From an uncultured Dermatophilus sp. (GTDB taxonomy: Bacteria > Actinomycetota > Actinomycetes > Actinomycetales > Dermatophilaceae), in NCBI GenBank assembly GCA_945876925.1, contig CAMCQD010000001.1:1-41986 (forward strand): a stretch of DNA of 41,986 nucleotides. Direction: 5' to 3'. Shown here piece by piece: positions 1 to 10,049 of this stretch (position 1 is the first letter of the stretch; every line of letters begins with the position of its first letter). The notes beneath the pieces were generated by a model. That model was not told the DNA's origin. It saw only the letters and a program-made list of their open reading frames with translations, and made no database searches. The position numbers and the translations under genes are program-made.

Positions 1-1
1 C

Positions 2-1819
2 CCGGTACACCACCGCTGACAGGGCCGGGACCCGCACGCTGACCGTGCCGTCCTTGCCGGACTTAACTGTCTTGGCCTGCCCGCGCACGACCGAGAACCG
101 CGCCCGGCTCGTGGCCGTGGCGAACGTGGCGCTGGCCGGCTTGGTGGAGTTGTTCACCGCGACGATGAATTCACGCTTCTCCTTGGCGTCGATCCGGCTG
201 ACCGCGAACACTCCCGCCTGGCTGGCGGCGTACCGGGGCAGCTGGGCGCCGTCTGCCAGCGCCGGGTAGCGCTGCCGGAGCTGGGACAGGCCCGCGATCT
301 GGCGGTACAGGGGCGAATTGGTGTTGAACCGGTCCTTCGACCCGGCCGGCCCGATGAGGTTCTGCTCGTCGCGGTACAGCTTCGTCTTCGTGGGGAACAT
401 GTCCTGGCGGGCGTCCTGGTCCCCGGTGGCGCCGATGAATCCCTGCTCGTCGCCGTAGTACGTGATCGGCTGCCCGCGGGTGAGGTACATGAGCTCATTG
501 GCCAGCCGGACCCGCTTGTACAGCGTGCGGGCAGAGACCCCGTCCTTGGTGAGCAGCATCGGCAGGCGGCCCATGTCGTGATTGCCGACGAAGGTGGGCA
601 GCGAGTACGCGTTGGAATCGGCGTCGGTGTACAGGTCGTCGGCGGCGTAGAACGCTGCCAGGTTCGCTGCGGGCTTCCCGGCCACGAACCGCTGCGCCGC
701 CTGCTGGAAACCGAAGTCGAGCGTGGCCGGTAGCTTGCCGCGGGTGGTGTACGGGCTCATCGCGCTGGGGCTAGGGTCAGCGACCTCACCGAACATGAAG
801 AAATCGCCGCGGCCGATGGCAGCGGCATGCTTCATCATCCGCGGAGCGAACTGCTCCCAGAACTCCATGTTCACGTGCCGGGTGGTGTCGATCCGGAAAC
901 CATCGATACCCATGTCGATCCAGGCCGTGTAGATGTCGCCCATGCCCTTGACCACCTCGGGGCGTTCGGTGAACAGGTCGTCTAGCCCGAAGAAGTCGCC
1001 GTACAGGGAGTTCTCGCCCTCGAAGGTGGTGTCGCCCCGGTTGTGGTACATGGCCGGGTCGTTGAGCCAGGCCGGCACCTTGACGTTCGCATCGGCGGCG
1101 GAGTCGAAGACCGGCGTGTACGGGAACGATGTCTTCGCGTCGAGTGCGGGGAAGTCCGCCTGGCCGGCATAATCCCGGTCGTTGAACACCTTGCCGCTGG
1201 CGTCCTTGTACGGCTTGGTCGCCTTATCGATGTAGGTGTACTTGCCCTGCTCGTACCGGATGACGTCGGCAGTGTGGTTGGTGATGATGTCGAAGTAGAC
1301 CTTCATCCCCTTGGCGTGCGCCGCGGAGATGAGCTGCTTCATCTCCTCATTCGTGCCGAAATGCGGGTCGATCTGGGTGAAATCCGTGACCCAGTAGCCG
1401 TGGTATCCGGCCGACTCGGAGCCGGGAAGGCCCTGCACCGGGCGGTTCTTAAATGACGGGGTCAGCCAGATGGCGGTCGTGCCCATGCCCTTGATGTAGT
1501 CGAGCTTGCTGGTGAGCCCGGCAAGGTCGCCGCCGTGGAAGAACCCCTTATGGGAGGGGTCGAATCCGGTGACTAGCCGCCCGCCGCTCAGGCCGCCATT
1601 GTCATTGGCGGTGGAACCGTTGGCGAACCGGTCGGCCATGACGAAATAGAACCGCTCCCGGGTAGGGGAGGTGCGCAGCGACGAACCGGCCAGGTCGTGG
1701 TCGCTGGCTGGCTTTTCCTCTCCCGCAGCGGGGGCGGCCCCTGCAGCCGCGGGGGAGAGCAGGCCGGCACCGAGGACTGCGGCGCAGGCGATGCGGAACA
1801 GCGGGCGCTTCGTGGTCAT
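2..1819 (-). CDS. Secreted GH13 alpha-amylase/pullulanase-family glycosidase (3' end runs off the window)
   Basis: Not in the ORF track; translated by hand from ATG 1819 (RBS AAGGAG). Signal-peptide-like N-terminus MTTKRPLFRIACAAVLGAGLLSPAAAGA, then FYFVMADRFANG, GGDLAGLTSKLDYIKGMG, YHGYW, DIITNH, and catalytic motifs GFRIDTTRH, FGEV, FVGNHD. Confidence 0.93.
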   Translation of the reverse strand, partial: MTTKRPLFRIACAAVLGAGLLSPAAAGAAPAAGEEKPASDHDLAGSSLRTSPTRERFYFVMADRFANGSTANDNGGLSGGRLVTGFDPSHKGFFHGGDLAGLTSKLDYIKGMGTTAIWLTPSFKNRPVQGLPGSESAGYHGYWVTDFTQIDPHFGTNEEMKQLISAAHAKGMKVYFDIITNHTADVIRYEQGKYTYIDKATKPYKDASGKVFNDRDYAGQADFPALDAKTSFPYTPVFDSAADANVKVPAWLNDPAMYHNRGDTTFEGENSLYGDFFGLDDLFTERPEVVKGMGDIYTAWIDMGIDGFRIDTTRHVNMEFWEQFAPRMMKHAAAIGRGDFFMFGEVADPSPSAMSPYTTRGKLPATLDFGFQQAAQRFVAGKPAANLAAFYAADDLYTDADSNAYSLPTFVGNHDMGRLPMLLTKDGVSARTLYKRVRLANELMYLTRGQPITYYGDEQGFIGATGDQDARQDMFPTKTKLYRDEQNLIGPAGSKDRFNTNSPLYRQIAGLSQLRQRYPALADGAQLPRYAASQAGVFAVSRIDAKEKREFIVAVNNSTKPASATFATATSRARFSVVRGQAKTVKSGKDGTVSVRVPALSAVVYR

Positions 1820-1887
1820 GACAGCTCCTTCACTTAGGTGACGCTGCCACCCTAGGCCGTGAAGAATCTATTCGGATCGATTTCGGC

Positions 1888-2736
1888 TCAGTGCGTGTGA
1901 GGCGCATTCTCAGCTAGTTCTCCGCCCTGGTCAGCCGCATGCAAGGTAGCCGCGACGAATAGCTCGTCCAGTTCGGGTGGCTGCTGATGCCCCATTCCGG
2001 GAACGACCCGCAGCACGGCCTGCGGCAGCGCGCGCTGCAGCGCCCGGGCGGCCGGGAGAGTGATCACGCTGTCCTGCTCGCCGTGCACGATTGCCACCGG
2101 GACGCTCACCTGCGCCAGCCGGGACGCCCACGGCGGGGTGAGCCACATGGCGCGCCGCTGGCGTTCGTATCCGTCCCAGTCCACGGCGCCGGCCCGGGCC
2201 CAGGCGGTAGCGGCCAGCTCGTCGATGTACTCCGGCGCGAACGGGTAGTCCGGCCCGGCGATGGGGCGCAGGCTGGCGTGCTCCCAGCGCCGGTAGGACT
2301 CGGCGTCCCCGAACGGTGCTGGCCGGGGCGGCGGGAGCAGACCGGCCGGCACCTGCTTGGCGTAGGTGAAGAACAGCCCGAGCCCGAGCACATCCTCCGG
2401 GTGGGCCAGGGCGAGCAGCTGCGCGATCGCCCCGCCCATGGACCGGCCGCAGACCACTGCCGGGCTGCCCAGGACCTGCAGCAGCCCGTGCACGTCCTCA
2501 GCCATGTCGGCCAGGGTGTACCCGGCGCCGGGGAAGCGCGTGGAGCGGCCGGCATCCCGGTTGTCCACCCGCACCACACGGTAGCCCAGTCCGGCGAGCC
2601 GTTCGCAGTACGAGCGCGGAGTCGCCACGAGCTGGGCCATGTGCCCTTCGAGCTGCAGCAGCAGCGGACCATCGCCGGGGCCGATCTCGTCGATCGCCAG
2701 GCTGGTGCCGTTCGGGCAGGCCACGATGCGTTCCAT
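1888..2736 (-). CDS. Alpha/beta hydrolase (esterase-like)
   Basis: DNRDAGRS, nucleophile elbow GRSMGG, IVHGEQD, GMGH; TACCCT -10 lies 7 nt before the ATG (probably leaderless). Confidence 0.88.
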   Translation of the reverse strand: MERIVACPNGTSLAIDEIGPGDGPLLLQLEGHMAQLVATPRSYCERLAGLGYRVVRVDNRDAGRSTRFPGAGYTLADMAEDVHGLLQVLGSPAVVCGRSMGGAIAQLLALAHPEDVLGLGLFFTYAKQVPAGLLPPPRPAPFGDAESYRRWEHASLRPIAGPDYPFAPEYIDELAATAWARAGAVDWDGYERQRRAMWLTPPWASRLAQVSVPVAIVHGEQDSVITLPAARALQRALPQAVLRVVPGMGHQQPPELDELFVAATLHAADQGGELAENAPHTH

Positions 2737-2769
2737 GGCGGCCAGGGTAGCCGGGCGGGCCGTCCCGGC

Positions 2770-3579
2770 TCAGCCGGTCAGCTGGCCGATGACGGTCACC
2801 GTGCCGGGTGCCACCTCGGTGAACCCGGCGTCGCGTACCGGGACCAGCCGGTGCCGGTCCCAGGCGGGACGCGGATCGCTGACCGCGGCGCCCAGGTCCG
2901 CCCACGCCCCCGGCTCGGTGCGCAGCACCCGGCTGGGGCAGCCGGCCGCGCGCCAGCGGGCCAGCGCGGCCTGGTCCGAGCCGGCCAGCAGCGCGGCGGT
3001 GAGCATGCCGACGTGGCCGGCCTGGGCCATGAGCTTGCCCGTGCTCATCGTCAGCGCCTCCGGTACGTGCACCACGAGGACGGGGGAGTCCCCGCCCGCG
3101 CGCCCGCCGCAGGTCACGGTCACCGGCCCGGCGTCGGGCGGCACGTCGGTGCCGCCGACCTGGAGCTTGGCGACCGGTTTGCTGAGCTCGCTGACCAGGC
3201 CGGGGACGAGCACCCGCACCTGGGTGCCGCCGCTGGTGACGGTCAGCCCGGGCAGGTCCGAGATCGCCCGCCAGGGAGCGCCCCGGCCGCGCCGGGTGAC
3301 CTTGCGGATGTGCCCGCGGCAGTAGGCCCGCACGGGCGCGTACCAGTCGCCGCCGGGCTCGCTGCGCGGGTCCAGGCACAGCGCGGCGCACCCGCTGGCC
3401 GCGGCGGCCAGGGCGGCGTGCCAGCCGGGTGGCCGGGCGCGCTCCAGGCGCAGCACGATCTGGATGGCCCGGACCTGGCCCGGATCCTCTTCCCGGTCCG
3501 CGATCACCTGGGCCTGGTTCATTTCCAGCCAGGCGGCGTACCGGGTCAGCAGCGGGTGCAGGGCTAAGCCAGGGCACAT
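2770..3579 (-). CDS. Peptidyl-tRNA hydrolase, PTH2-like, long actinobacterial form
   Basis: MSTGKLMAQAGH and VRDAGFTEVAPGTVTV are the PTH2 signatures; ATG 3579 has GAGGAG upstream (the ORF track starts at 3624). Confidence 0.85.
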   Translation of the reverse strand: MCPGLALHPLLTRYAAWLEMNQAQVIADREEDPGQVRAIQIVLRLERARPPGWHAALAAAASGCAALCLDPRSEPGGDWYAPVRAYCRGHIRKVTRRGRGAPWRAISDLPGLTVTSGGTQVRVLVPGLVSELSKPVAKLQVGGTDVPPDAGPVTVTCGGRAGGDSPVLVVHVPEALTMSTGKLMAQAGHVGMLTAALLAGSDQAALARWRAAGCPSRVLRTEPGAWADLGAAVSDPRPAWDRHRLVPVRDAGFTEVAPGTVTVIGQLTG

Positions 3580-3660
3580 CGCCGGACTCCTCACCTCGGG
3601 AACGGGCCGCACCCACCCTGCCACCCGGCGGTGACACAGTGCGCGGCCTGCGGACGGGGC

Positions 3661-4134
3661 TCAGCCGATCTGGTCCAGCGGGACCAGGTGCCGTGCCGAG
3701 ATCTCGCGCACCTTGGCGACCCGGTTCTCGTACTTGGCCTGGCCGGCGAAGAATGCGGTGGTCATCCACACCCGCACGATCTCCAGGGCGAGCGCGGAGC
3801 CGATGATCTTGCCGCCCAGGCACAGCACGTTGGAGTCGGTGTGCTGGCGGGCCAGGGCCGCGCAGAACGGGTCCTGGCACACGACGGCGTCGACCCCGGC
3901 GATGCGGTTGGCGATGAGGGCGCTGCCGTAGCCCACTCCGTCGACGAAGATGCCCCGGTCGGCCTGGCCGCGCCCCACCGCGAGCGCGGCCGGGTAGACG
4001 TGGTCGGGCAGGTCCGCCGGATCGGTGCCGTACGCCCCGAAGTCCTCAGTCTGGTGCCCCAGCCCGGCTAGCAGGGCGGCGATCTCGCCCTTGAGGGCGA
4101 ATCCGGCATGGTCGCTTGCCAATGCGATTCTCAT
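3661..4134 (-). CDS. rpiB: RpiB/LacA/LacB-family sugar-phosphate isomerase with an atypical active site
   Basis: MRIALASDHAGFALK, ARQHTDSNVLCLGGKIIG; the usual ICGTG motif reads FVDGVG. Confidence 0.85.
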   Translation of the reverse strand: MRIALASDHAGFALKGEIAALLAGLGHQTEDFGAYGTDPADLPDHVYPAALAVGRGQADRGIFVDGVGYGSALIANRIAGVDAVVCQDPFCAALARQHTDSNVLCLGGKIIGSALALEIVRVWMTTAFFAGQAKYENRVAKVREISARHLVPLDQIG

Positions 4135-4201
4135 GTCCCCAGCCAAGCACCAGGAGCGCCGCGCACGGGCGATCCGGCCGGTGAGCGCGGTCTCAGCGGG
4201 C

Positions 4202-4609
4202 TCACCGGCCGCCCATCGCCCCCCAGCCGTGCACGCTGTCGATCCGTACGTGCACCGATACCCGGGGCTGGTCGCGGATGGCGTAGGGCTGCCCGCCGTA
4301 ATGCCGGGAGAGGGCGTCGATATCGGCCAGGCCGGTATCGCTGGTGATGGACGTCACGGTGCCCTGGATGCTCACGTGGGTGTACCAGTTGCCGCCGTCG
4401 AGGGCGGTCAGCGCGACCCGCCCGTCCCGCTGCAGGTGCTTGAGCCTGACCCGGCTGGCATCGAGGTTGAGCAGGATCTGGTCGTCGTCGAGCAGCAGGT
4501 ACCAGGTCGCCACGCTGACCGGCTGGCCATTGGCTCGCACGGTCGCCATCACGGCGGGGTTGGGCCGCCGCAGGAATTCGCGCACGGCATCGGTCAGTCC
4601 GGGATTCAT
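4202..4609 (-). CDS. PPOX-class (pyridoxamine 5'-phosphate oxidase-like, putative F420/FMN-binding) oxidoreductase
   Basis: ATG 4609 with AGGAGG RBS; PNPAVMATVRANGQPVSVATWY, RLKHLQRDGRVALT, IDALSRHYGGQPY. Confidence 0.88.
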   Translation of the reverse strand: MNPGLTDAVREFLRRPNPAVMATVRANGQPVSVATWYLLLDDDQILLNLDASRVRLKHLQRDGRVALTALDGGNWYTHVSIQGTVTSITSDTGLADIDALSRHYGGQPYAIRDQPRVSVHVRIDSVHGWGAMGGR

Positions 4610-4691
4610 CGGGCCTCCTGGCGGGGGTCGGCTCGCGCGGGTGCGCTGATGATGCCGCGAGCCTAGCCCCGGCAGGGCTCCCGGCGCGTGG

Positions 4692-5695
4692 CCAGGAACC
4701 GAGCGCCGCCTCAAGCTTGGGTACCAGCTTCTCCAGGGCGTAGAGGGTGGCGGCGGTCGTGCCGAGTGAGTAGGCCTGGGCGAGGTCGCCGTCGATGACG
4801 AGGGCGCGCCGGTTCTTGACCGCGGGAAGCGCCTGGAATGCCGGGTCGCCGGTCATCTGCGTGGCGGGGATGAAGATCGGGAAGCCGACGATCACGTCAG
4901 CATCGGCCGCATCCAGTTTCTCTGCCGAGAGGCTGACTGAGAAACCGGTGGCGTTGGCGTCCATCGCGGCGATGGCGGGATTCTGGGTGAAGCCGAGCTT
5001 TTCCATGAAGGTGACCCGATCGCTGCCCTTGATGTAGGCCCCCAGCCGTCGCTGGTCTTGGTGATCGCCGAGAAGGTCTTCCCGGACCACTGCGGGTGCG
5101 CGCTGGCGTGCCTGGCGAAGGCGTCTGCTACTTGCTTCTTGAGTGCGGCGCCCTGCTCGGATGCGCCGAGGGCGGCGGCGATCATGTCGACCTGCTTGTC
5201 TGCCGGGGTGAGGTAGTTCTCGCCGCCGGCCGGGATGCCCAGGGTCGGGGCGATTGAGGACAGCCGCTGGTAGCGGTTTGCGTCCCCTGAACTCTTGACG
5301 TCGAGGATGAGATCCGGCTAGAGCGCGGCGATTGCCCCGTAAGAGGGTTCCATGGTGCCGATCAGTTCCGGCGGGTTGGCGTATTTGCCGGCCAGCCAGG
5401 GCCCGACGCCTTCGCCGCCGAAGCCGAGCCAGTCTGAAGCGCCGACCGGCTGGACTCCCAGCGACAGTGCGGTTCTGGCGTCACCCCAGCCGAGGGCGAC
5501 AACGCGCTTGGGTTTGGCGCTGATGACCACGTCACCGAATTTGGTGGCCACGGTGGCGGGGAAGCCGTTGCCGGTGGCGGAAGTCGTGCCGCCTGCGGTA
5601 GCCGAACTGGTTCCGGTGCTGTTCGCGGAGCAGGCTGTCCCGGTCAGGGCGAGAAGGAGGGCGGCGGTGGCGGCGAGGGTGACCCGGGGGCGCAT
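4692..5695 (-). pseudogene. Iron-siderophore ABC transporter substrate-binding lipoprotein, disrupted
   Basis: Lipobox-like LTGTAC, then TKFGDVVISAKPKRVVALGW. In-frame TAG at 5318-5320 inside AIAAL*PDLIL, a frameshift in the C5 run 5039-5043 (DGWG/AYIKG), and a probable lost stop (TGG at 4692-4694 after EAALGS). Confidence 0.88.
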
Positions 5696-5785
5696 GGGGA
5701 TTCCTCTCTGGGGCTGCGGGGTGATGGATGTGAAGACTGGCTCCGGCGGGCCTGTGCGACCCACTATGCGAGCAGCCCAATCGAG

Positions 5786-5804
5786 CAAAGTAAGGCGAAC
5801 CTAG
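5786..5804. promoter_or_regulatory. DtxR/IdeR iron box between the divergent siderophore-uptake genes
   Basis: CAAAGTAAGGCGAACCTAG matches TWAGGTWAGSCTWACCTWA at 15/19 and overlaps a TAGTAT -10 at 5802-5807. Confidence 0.8.
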
Positions 5805-5815
5805 TATTCGCCTCT

Positions 5816-6907
5816 GTGGCGACTATCTCGTCCCCGGCTCGAACCGGTCCCCCCACCTCACGGCGATGATCTTGCGGGAGAACGGCAGCCGGCCAATTCC
5901 CGGCGCCTGGCCGGGCTACTCGGTACCATGCTCCTCGCCGCGGCCTGCGCCGTAGCCGGGTTGGCCATCGGGGTGCGGCCCATCCCGCCGGCCGAGGTCG
6001 TGAGTGCCCTCTGGTCCCGCCTGGTCGGCTCGAACCTGCCCGGAGGTGACCTGGAGAGCCTCGTCGTGCTCGACCTGCGGCTGCCCCGGACCGTCATCGG
6101 CCTGGTCGCCGGTGCCGCGCTCGGCGTCAGCGGCGCCCTCGTGCAGGCGGTCACCCGCAATCCGCTGGCCGACCCCGGCATCCTCGGCGCCACTTCCGGG
6201 GCGGCCTTCGCGCTCGCGATCATGGCGGGATTCGCGGGGCTGAGCGCTCCCGCCGGGCAGCTGGGGGTGGCCTTCGCCGGGGCCCTGCTGACTACCGTGG
6301 CGGTCTATCTCATCGGATCGCTCGGGCCCGGAGGGGGAGCCCGATCCGGCTCGTCCTCGCCGGGACCGCACTTGGCGCCGTGCTCGCCGGGATCACCAGT
6401 GCGATCACCCTGTCCGACCCCGCCCGGTTCGCGGCGATGGCAGCCTGGCGGTCTGGTTCGCTGGCGGACCGGGGCTGGGTCATGCTGGGGCCGGCCGTGC
6501 CGGTCCTGCTCGCGGGGCTGGTGCTGGCCGCCGTCATCGCCGGGTCGCTCAACGCGATCGCGCTCGGTGACGACCTGGCAGTCGCTCTCGGTGCCAACGT
6601 CGCCCTCGTGCGGGCCGGTGCGATCATCGCGGTCACCCTGCTGGCCGGCACGGCGACCGCGCTGGCTGGCCCGATCGCTTTCGCCGGGCTGATGGTGCCG
6701 CATATCGCCCGCTGGTTCACCGGGCCGGACCAGCGGTGGATCATGGCGTATTCGCTCGTGCTGGGCGCTGCCCTCCTGGTGGCCGCCGACGTGGCCGGCC
6801 GGGTGGTATTGCCCCCGGCCGAGGTCCCGGCTGGCATCATCACCGCGCTGATCGGTGCCCCGGTGCTCATCCTCCTCGTACGTGGTCGGCCGGTGAGTCA
6901 GCTATGA
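5816..6907 (+). pseudogene. FecCD/FepD-type iron-siderophore ABC permease, frameshifted
   Basis: LRLPRTVIGLVAGAALGVSGALVQAVTRNPLADPGILG (ORF 5928..) continues as LNAIALGDD..GPIAFAGLMVPH..EVPAGIITALIGAP (ORF 6380..6907) across the G5 run 6333-6337. The start is uncertain: GTG 5816 would need another slip in the C6 run 5849-5854. Confidence 0.85.
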
Positions 6908-7197
6908 GCCTGGTGCACGCTCCGGCTGCCCGGCAGGAGCGGGCCGGGCGGTTCCGCGTTCCGGTGCTCGGGGTGGCCGTGACCCGGCGGGCGCTGCTGC
7001 TGCCCGCGCTGCGGCAGCTGGAGCTGGGCGATGACGCCGCCGCGCACGGGCTGCGGGTCGAGTCGGCCCGGCTGGGGCTGATCGGTTTCGCGGTGGCACT
7101 GGTCGCCGTGGTTACCGCCGTGAGCGGACCGATTGCCTTCGTCGCCCTGGCCGCTCCGCAGATCGCTCACCGCCTCATCGGGGGTGCCGGGACTCCC
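6904..7197 (+). pseudogene. Remnant of the second FecCD/FepG-type permease (internally deleted, fused in frame to the thioesterase)
   Basis: ATGA overlap with the upstream permease stop. After about 30 aa it jumps (near 6991-7002) to the C-terminal permease motifs LRQLELGDDAAAHGLRVE..SGPIAFVALAAPQIAHRL. Confidence 0.82.
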
Positions 7198-9187
7198 GAG
7201 CTCGTGCCGGTCAGCACCGGGGGCACGGGGCAGCCGTCCTTCTGGGTGCACGGAGCCTCGGGCTACGCGAACGGGTTCGACGAGCTGTCACGAGCCCTGG
7301 GGCCGGACTACCCGCTCTACGCCTTCCAGGCCAGGGGAACCGACGGCTACTCCATGCCCCACCTTCTGGAGGAGATGGTTGACCACTACGTCAGCTGCGT
7401 GAGGATGGTGCAGCCGCACGGTCCCTACGTGCTCGGCGGGTACTCGTTCGGCGGGCTGATTGCCATGGAGATGGCTTGCAGGCTCAGCGAGGCTGGCGAG
7501 ACGATCCGCCACCTCGTCATGTTTGACACCTACCCCGCGACCCAGGACGTCTTCGACCGGCACCAGGGCGTCTACGACCCGGACTTCCTGGGCTTCTACC
7601 TGGTCAACTACCTTCTTCGGGCCGACGAGCACCCCGAGCGGGTGGTCAGGCCCCACGAGTTCGAGCACGTCCCCGCTGCCCTGCGCGAGCAGGTGCTGTG
7701 CAGGATAGCGGAGCAGCGGGGAGGGAAGCACGTGTCAGCGGACGACATCTACCGGTACCTGCGAGGGGGGCTGACCTGCTCCGCTCACGCGGAGGGCATC
7801 TACGAGACCTTCGAGATGCGCCCCTACGACGCCTCGGACGTCCTGTTCTTCAGGGCCACCGACGGGGTTCACGGGCCGGTCGAGCGCCGCGTACTGGAGG
7901 CGCACGGACATCCTGGGGGACTACGACTACCTGGCGCCGTGGCAGGAGGTCGTCACGGGCTCACTCAACGTCGTCGAGCTTGACAACGACCACCTCAGCA
8001 TGCTCGCCCCACCGACGCTCGACGTCGCCGCCCACCACATCGCTGCCGCTCTCCGTCACCCCCCTGAGCCGGACCGCGAGGAGTACTCCCGGTTCCGGGC
8101 GGGCCTGGAGGCTGTGACGGATCTCGGGCGGGACGTGCTCGCGGCCGACCTGGGGGGCGGTGTCGGAGCCGACGGGACCACCAGGGCCGAGCTGGCGGAG
8201 GCTGTCGGGGTGGGCTCCAGCCGTGCGCTGGGAAGGCTGTTCGACGCCTTGGTCGATATTCTCCTGGGCGAGGGGTACGTGACCGATGATGGGGGCCGCC
8301 TGCACCGCACCGAGCGGCTCGATGCCCTCGACACCTCCGCCGATGCGGTATCTCACAGGGCGGCGACGGTCACGCAACGCTATGCTCAAGTGAGCGACTA
8401 CCTGTCACTGCTCGTCGCGGCCCAGCAGAACCTGCGGCCGGTGCTGTCAGGGGCCAAGCAGGGTGTAGACCTCCTCATGCCTGGAGGTTCCATGAACCTG
8501 GTGGAGGACCTGTACAAGAAGAATGTGCAGGCTGACTTCTACAACGCGCTCGTGGGTGAGTGCGTGTCGGAGCGGGCCAGGAGGTATGCGCGTCGTTATC
8601 CCCACTCCACGCTCCAGGTTCTTGAGGCCGGGGCAGGGACGGGAGCCACTGCCGACGTGCTCCTGCGTGGGCTGGAGCCACAGGCCGACCGTGTGCAGTA
8701 CTACTTCACGGACATCGGGGACTTCTTCGTCGCGCAGGCCCGGCGGAGGTACGCCGACCGTAGGAACGTGCGCTTCTGCGTCCACGACATCGAGCGTCCC
8801 GCAGAGGAGCAAGGGATTGAGCCGCACTCGATGGACCTCGTGGTCGCCAGCAGCGTCCTGCACGCGACCCGCGACGTCGGGAGGACGCTCAGGAGCTGTG
8901 CCCGTCTCCTGAAGGCCGGCGGTGCCCTGGTCATCAATGAGCTGGTTCACCGCATGGACTACAACACCCTGACCTTCGGCCTGACCGAGGGGTGGTGGCT
9001 CTTCGAGGATCCGCAGCGGCGGATACCCGGCTCGCCGCTGCTCACTGCCGCGGCATGGCGGGAGGCCCTGCGCGAGGCAGGCTTCTGCCACGTCGAGGTC
9101 AGCGGGGTGCCGGGCGTGCCCGAGGGTGAGCAGGCCCAGTGCGTCATCGTCGCGGCTCGAGGAGAGGCAGGTGCCCTGGATGACTGA
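7198..9187 (+). pseudogene. C-terminal fragment of a modular (trans-AT-like) PKS: thioesterase + SAM methyltransferase, one frameshift
   Basis: TE: ELVPV..PSFWVHG..AFQARG..QPHGPYVLGGYSFGG. Removing one G from 7864-7867 restores RATDGFTG..DNDHLSML (catalytic His) in frame with ORF 8000..9187, which has VLEAGAGTG, YYFTDI, LHAT and LTFGLTEGWW of PKS-embedded MT domains. Confidence 0.83.
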
Positions 9188-10049
9188 GACGCGCGCACCC
9201 GTGATAGAGGTACACGACCTCTCGTTCGGCTACGGCCCGGGCGAGCCGGTTGTCAAGGGCGTCGGCTTCCAGGTCGGGGCGGGTGAGGTCCTCGGCGTCC
9301 TCGGCCCCAGCGGGTCGGGAAAGAGCACCACCCAGAAGGTGCTGACCGGCCTGCTGAGGCCGTTCGAGGGCACGGTGCGGGTGCTGGGGAGGGACCTCAG
9401 GGACTGCGGCCCCGACTACTATGAGAGGATAGGGGTCGGTTTCGAGCTCCCTAACCACTACGTGAAGCTCTCCGCGATCGAGAACCTCAGGTTCTTCGCG
9501 TCGTTCTACCAGTCCCCGGCCGACCCGATGGAACTCCTGGCAAGAGTAGGCCTTGAGGATGATGCCCACAAGCGTGTCGAGGGGTTCTCAAAGGGGATGA
9601 AGATGCGTCTCAACTTCGTCCGCTCGCTGCTCAACGACCCTGACGTGCTGTTCCTGGACGAGCCCACGAGCGGGCTCGACCCCGCCAACGCCCGCCTGAT
9701 CAAGGACATGATCACCGAGCAGCGGGACAGGGGGAAGTGCATACTGCTGACGACGCACAACATGCACGACGCCGACGAGCTGTGCGACAACGTGGCCTTC
9801 CTGCTGGACGGACGCATTCAGCGGATCGGTGCGCCGGCGGCGCTGAGGTCCAGCCAGGGGACAGGCTCGGTGGTCGTGCGCTACCAGGACGGGCAGGAGC
9901 AGGGCAGCGAGACCTTCCCGCTGGAGGGGCTCGGGGACAACGCGGGCTTCCTGGCCCTGCTGAGACGGGTCACGGTGCTCTCCCTGCGCTCGGAGGAGAC
10001 CTCGTTGGAGGATGTCTTCCTCGCGACGACCGGACGAAGACTGTCATGA
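9180..10049 (+). CDS. ABC exporter ATP-binding subunit (Rv2688c-like)
   Basis: Walker A GPSGSGKST, signature FSKGMKMR, Walker B LFLDEPTSGLD, TTH; ATG 9180 overlaps the MT stop. Confidence 0.93.
   Translation: MTETRAPVIEVHDLSFGYGPGEPVVKGVGFQVGAGEVLGVLGPSGSGKSTTQKVLTGLLRPFEGTVRVLGRDLRDCGPDYYERIGVGFELPNHYVKLSAIENLRFFASFYQSPADPMELLARVGLEDDAHKRVEGFSKGMKMRLNFVRSLLNDPDVLFLDEPTSGLDPANARLIKDMITEQRDRGKCILLTTHNMHDADELCDNVAFLLDGRIQRIGAPAALRSSQGTGSVVVRYQDGQEQGSETFPLEGLGDNAGFLALLRRVTVLSLRSEETSLEDVFLATTGRRLS

Noticed and set aside
1860-1886. LacI-family operator upstream of the amylase (GGATCGATTTC)
   Set aside because: Plausible by context but the palindrome is short and imperfect; not enough support to list.
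4131-5090. 319-aa ORF as a stand-alone gene
   Set aside because: It is the frameshifted C-terminal part of the binding-protein pseudogene reading through, out of frame, over the PPOX gene.
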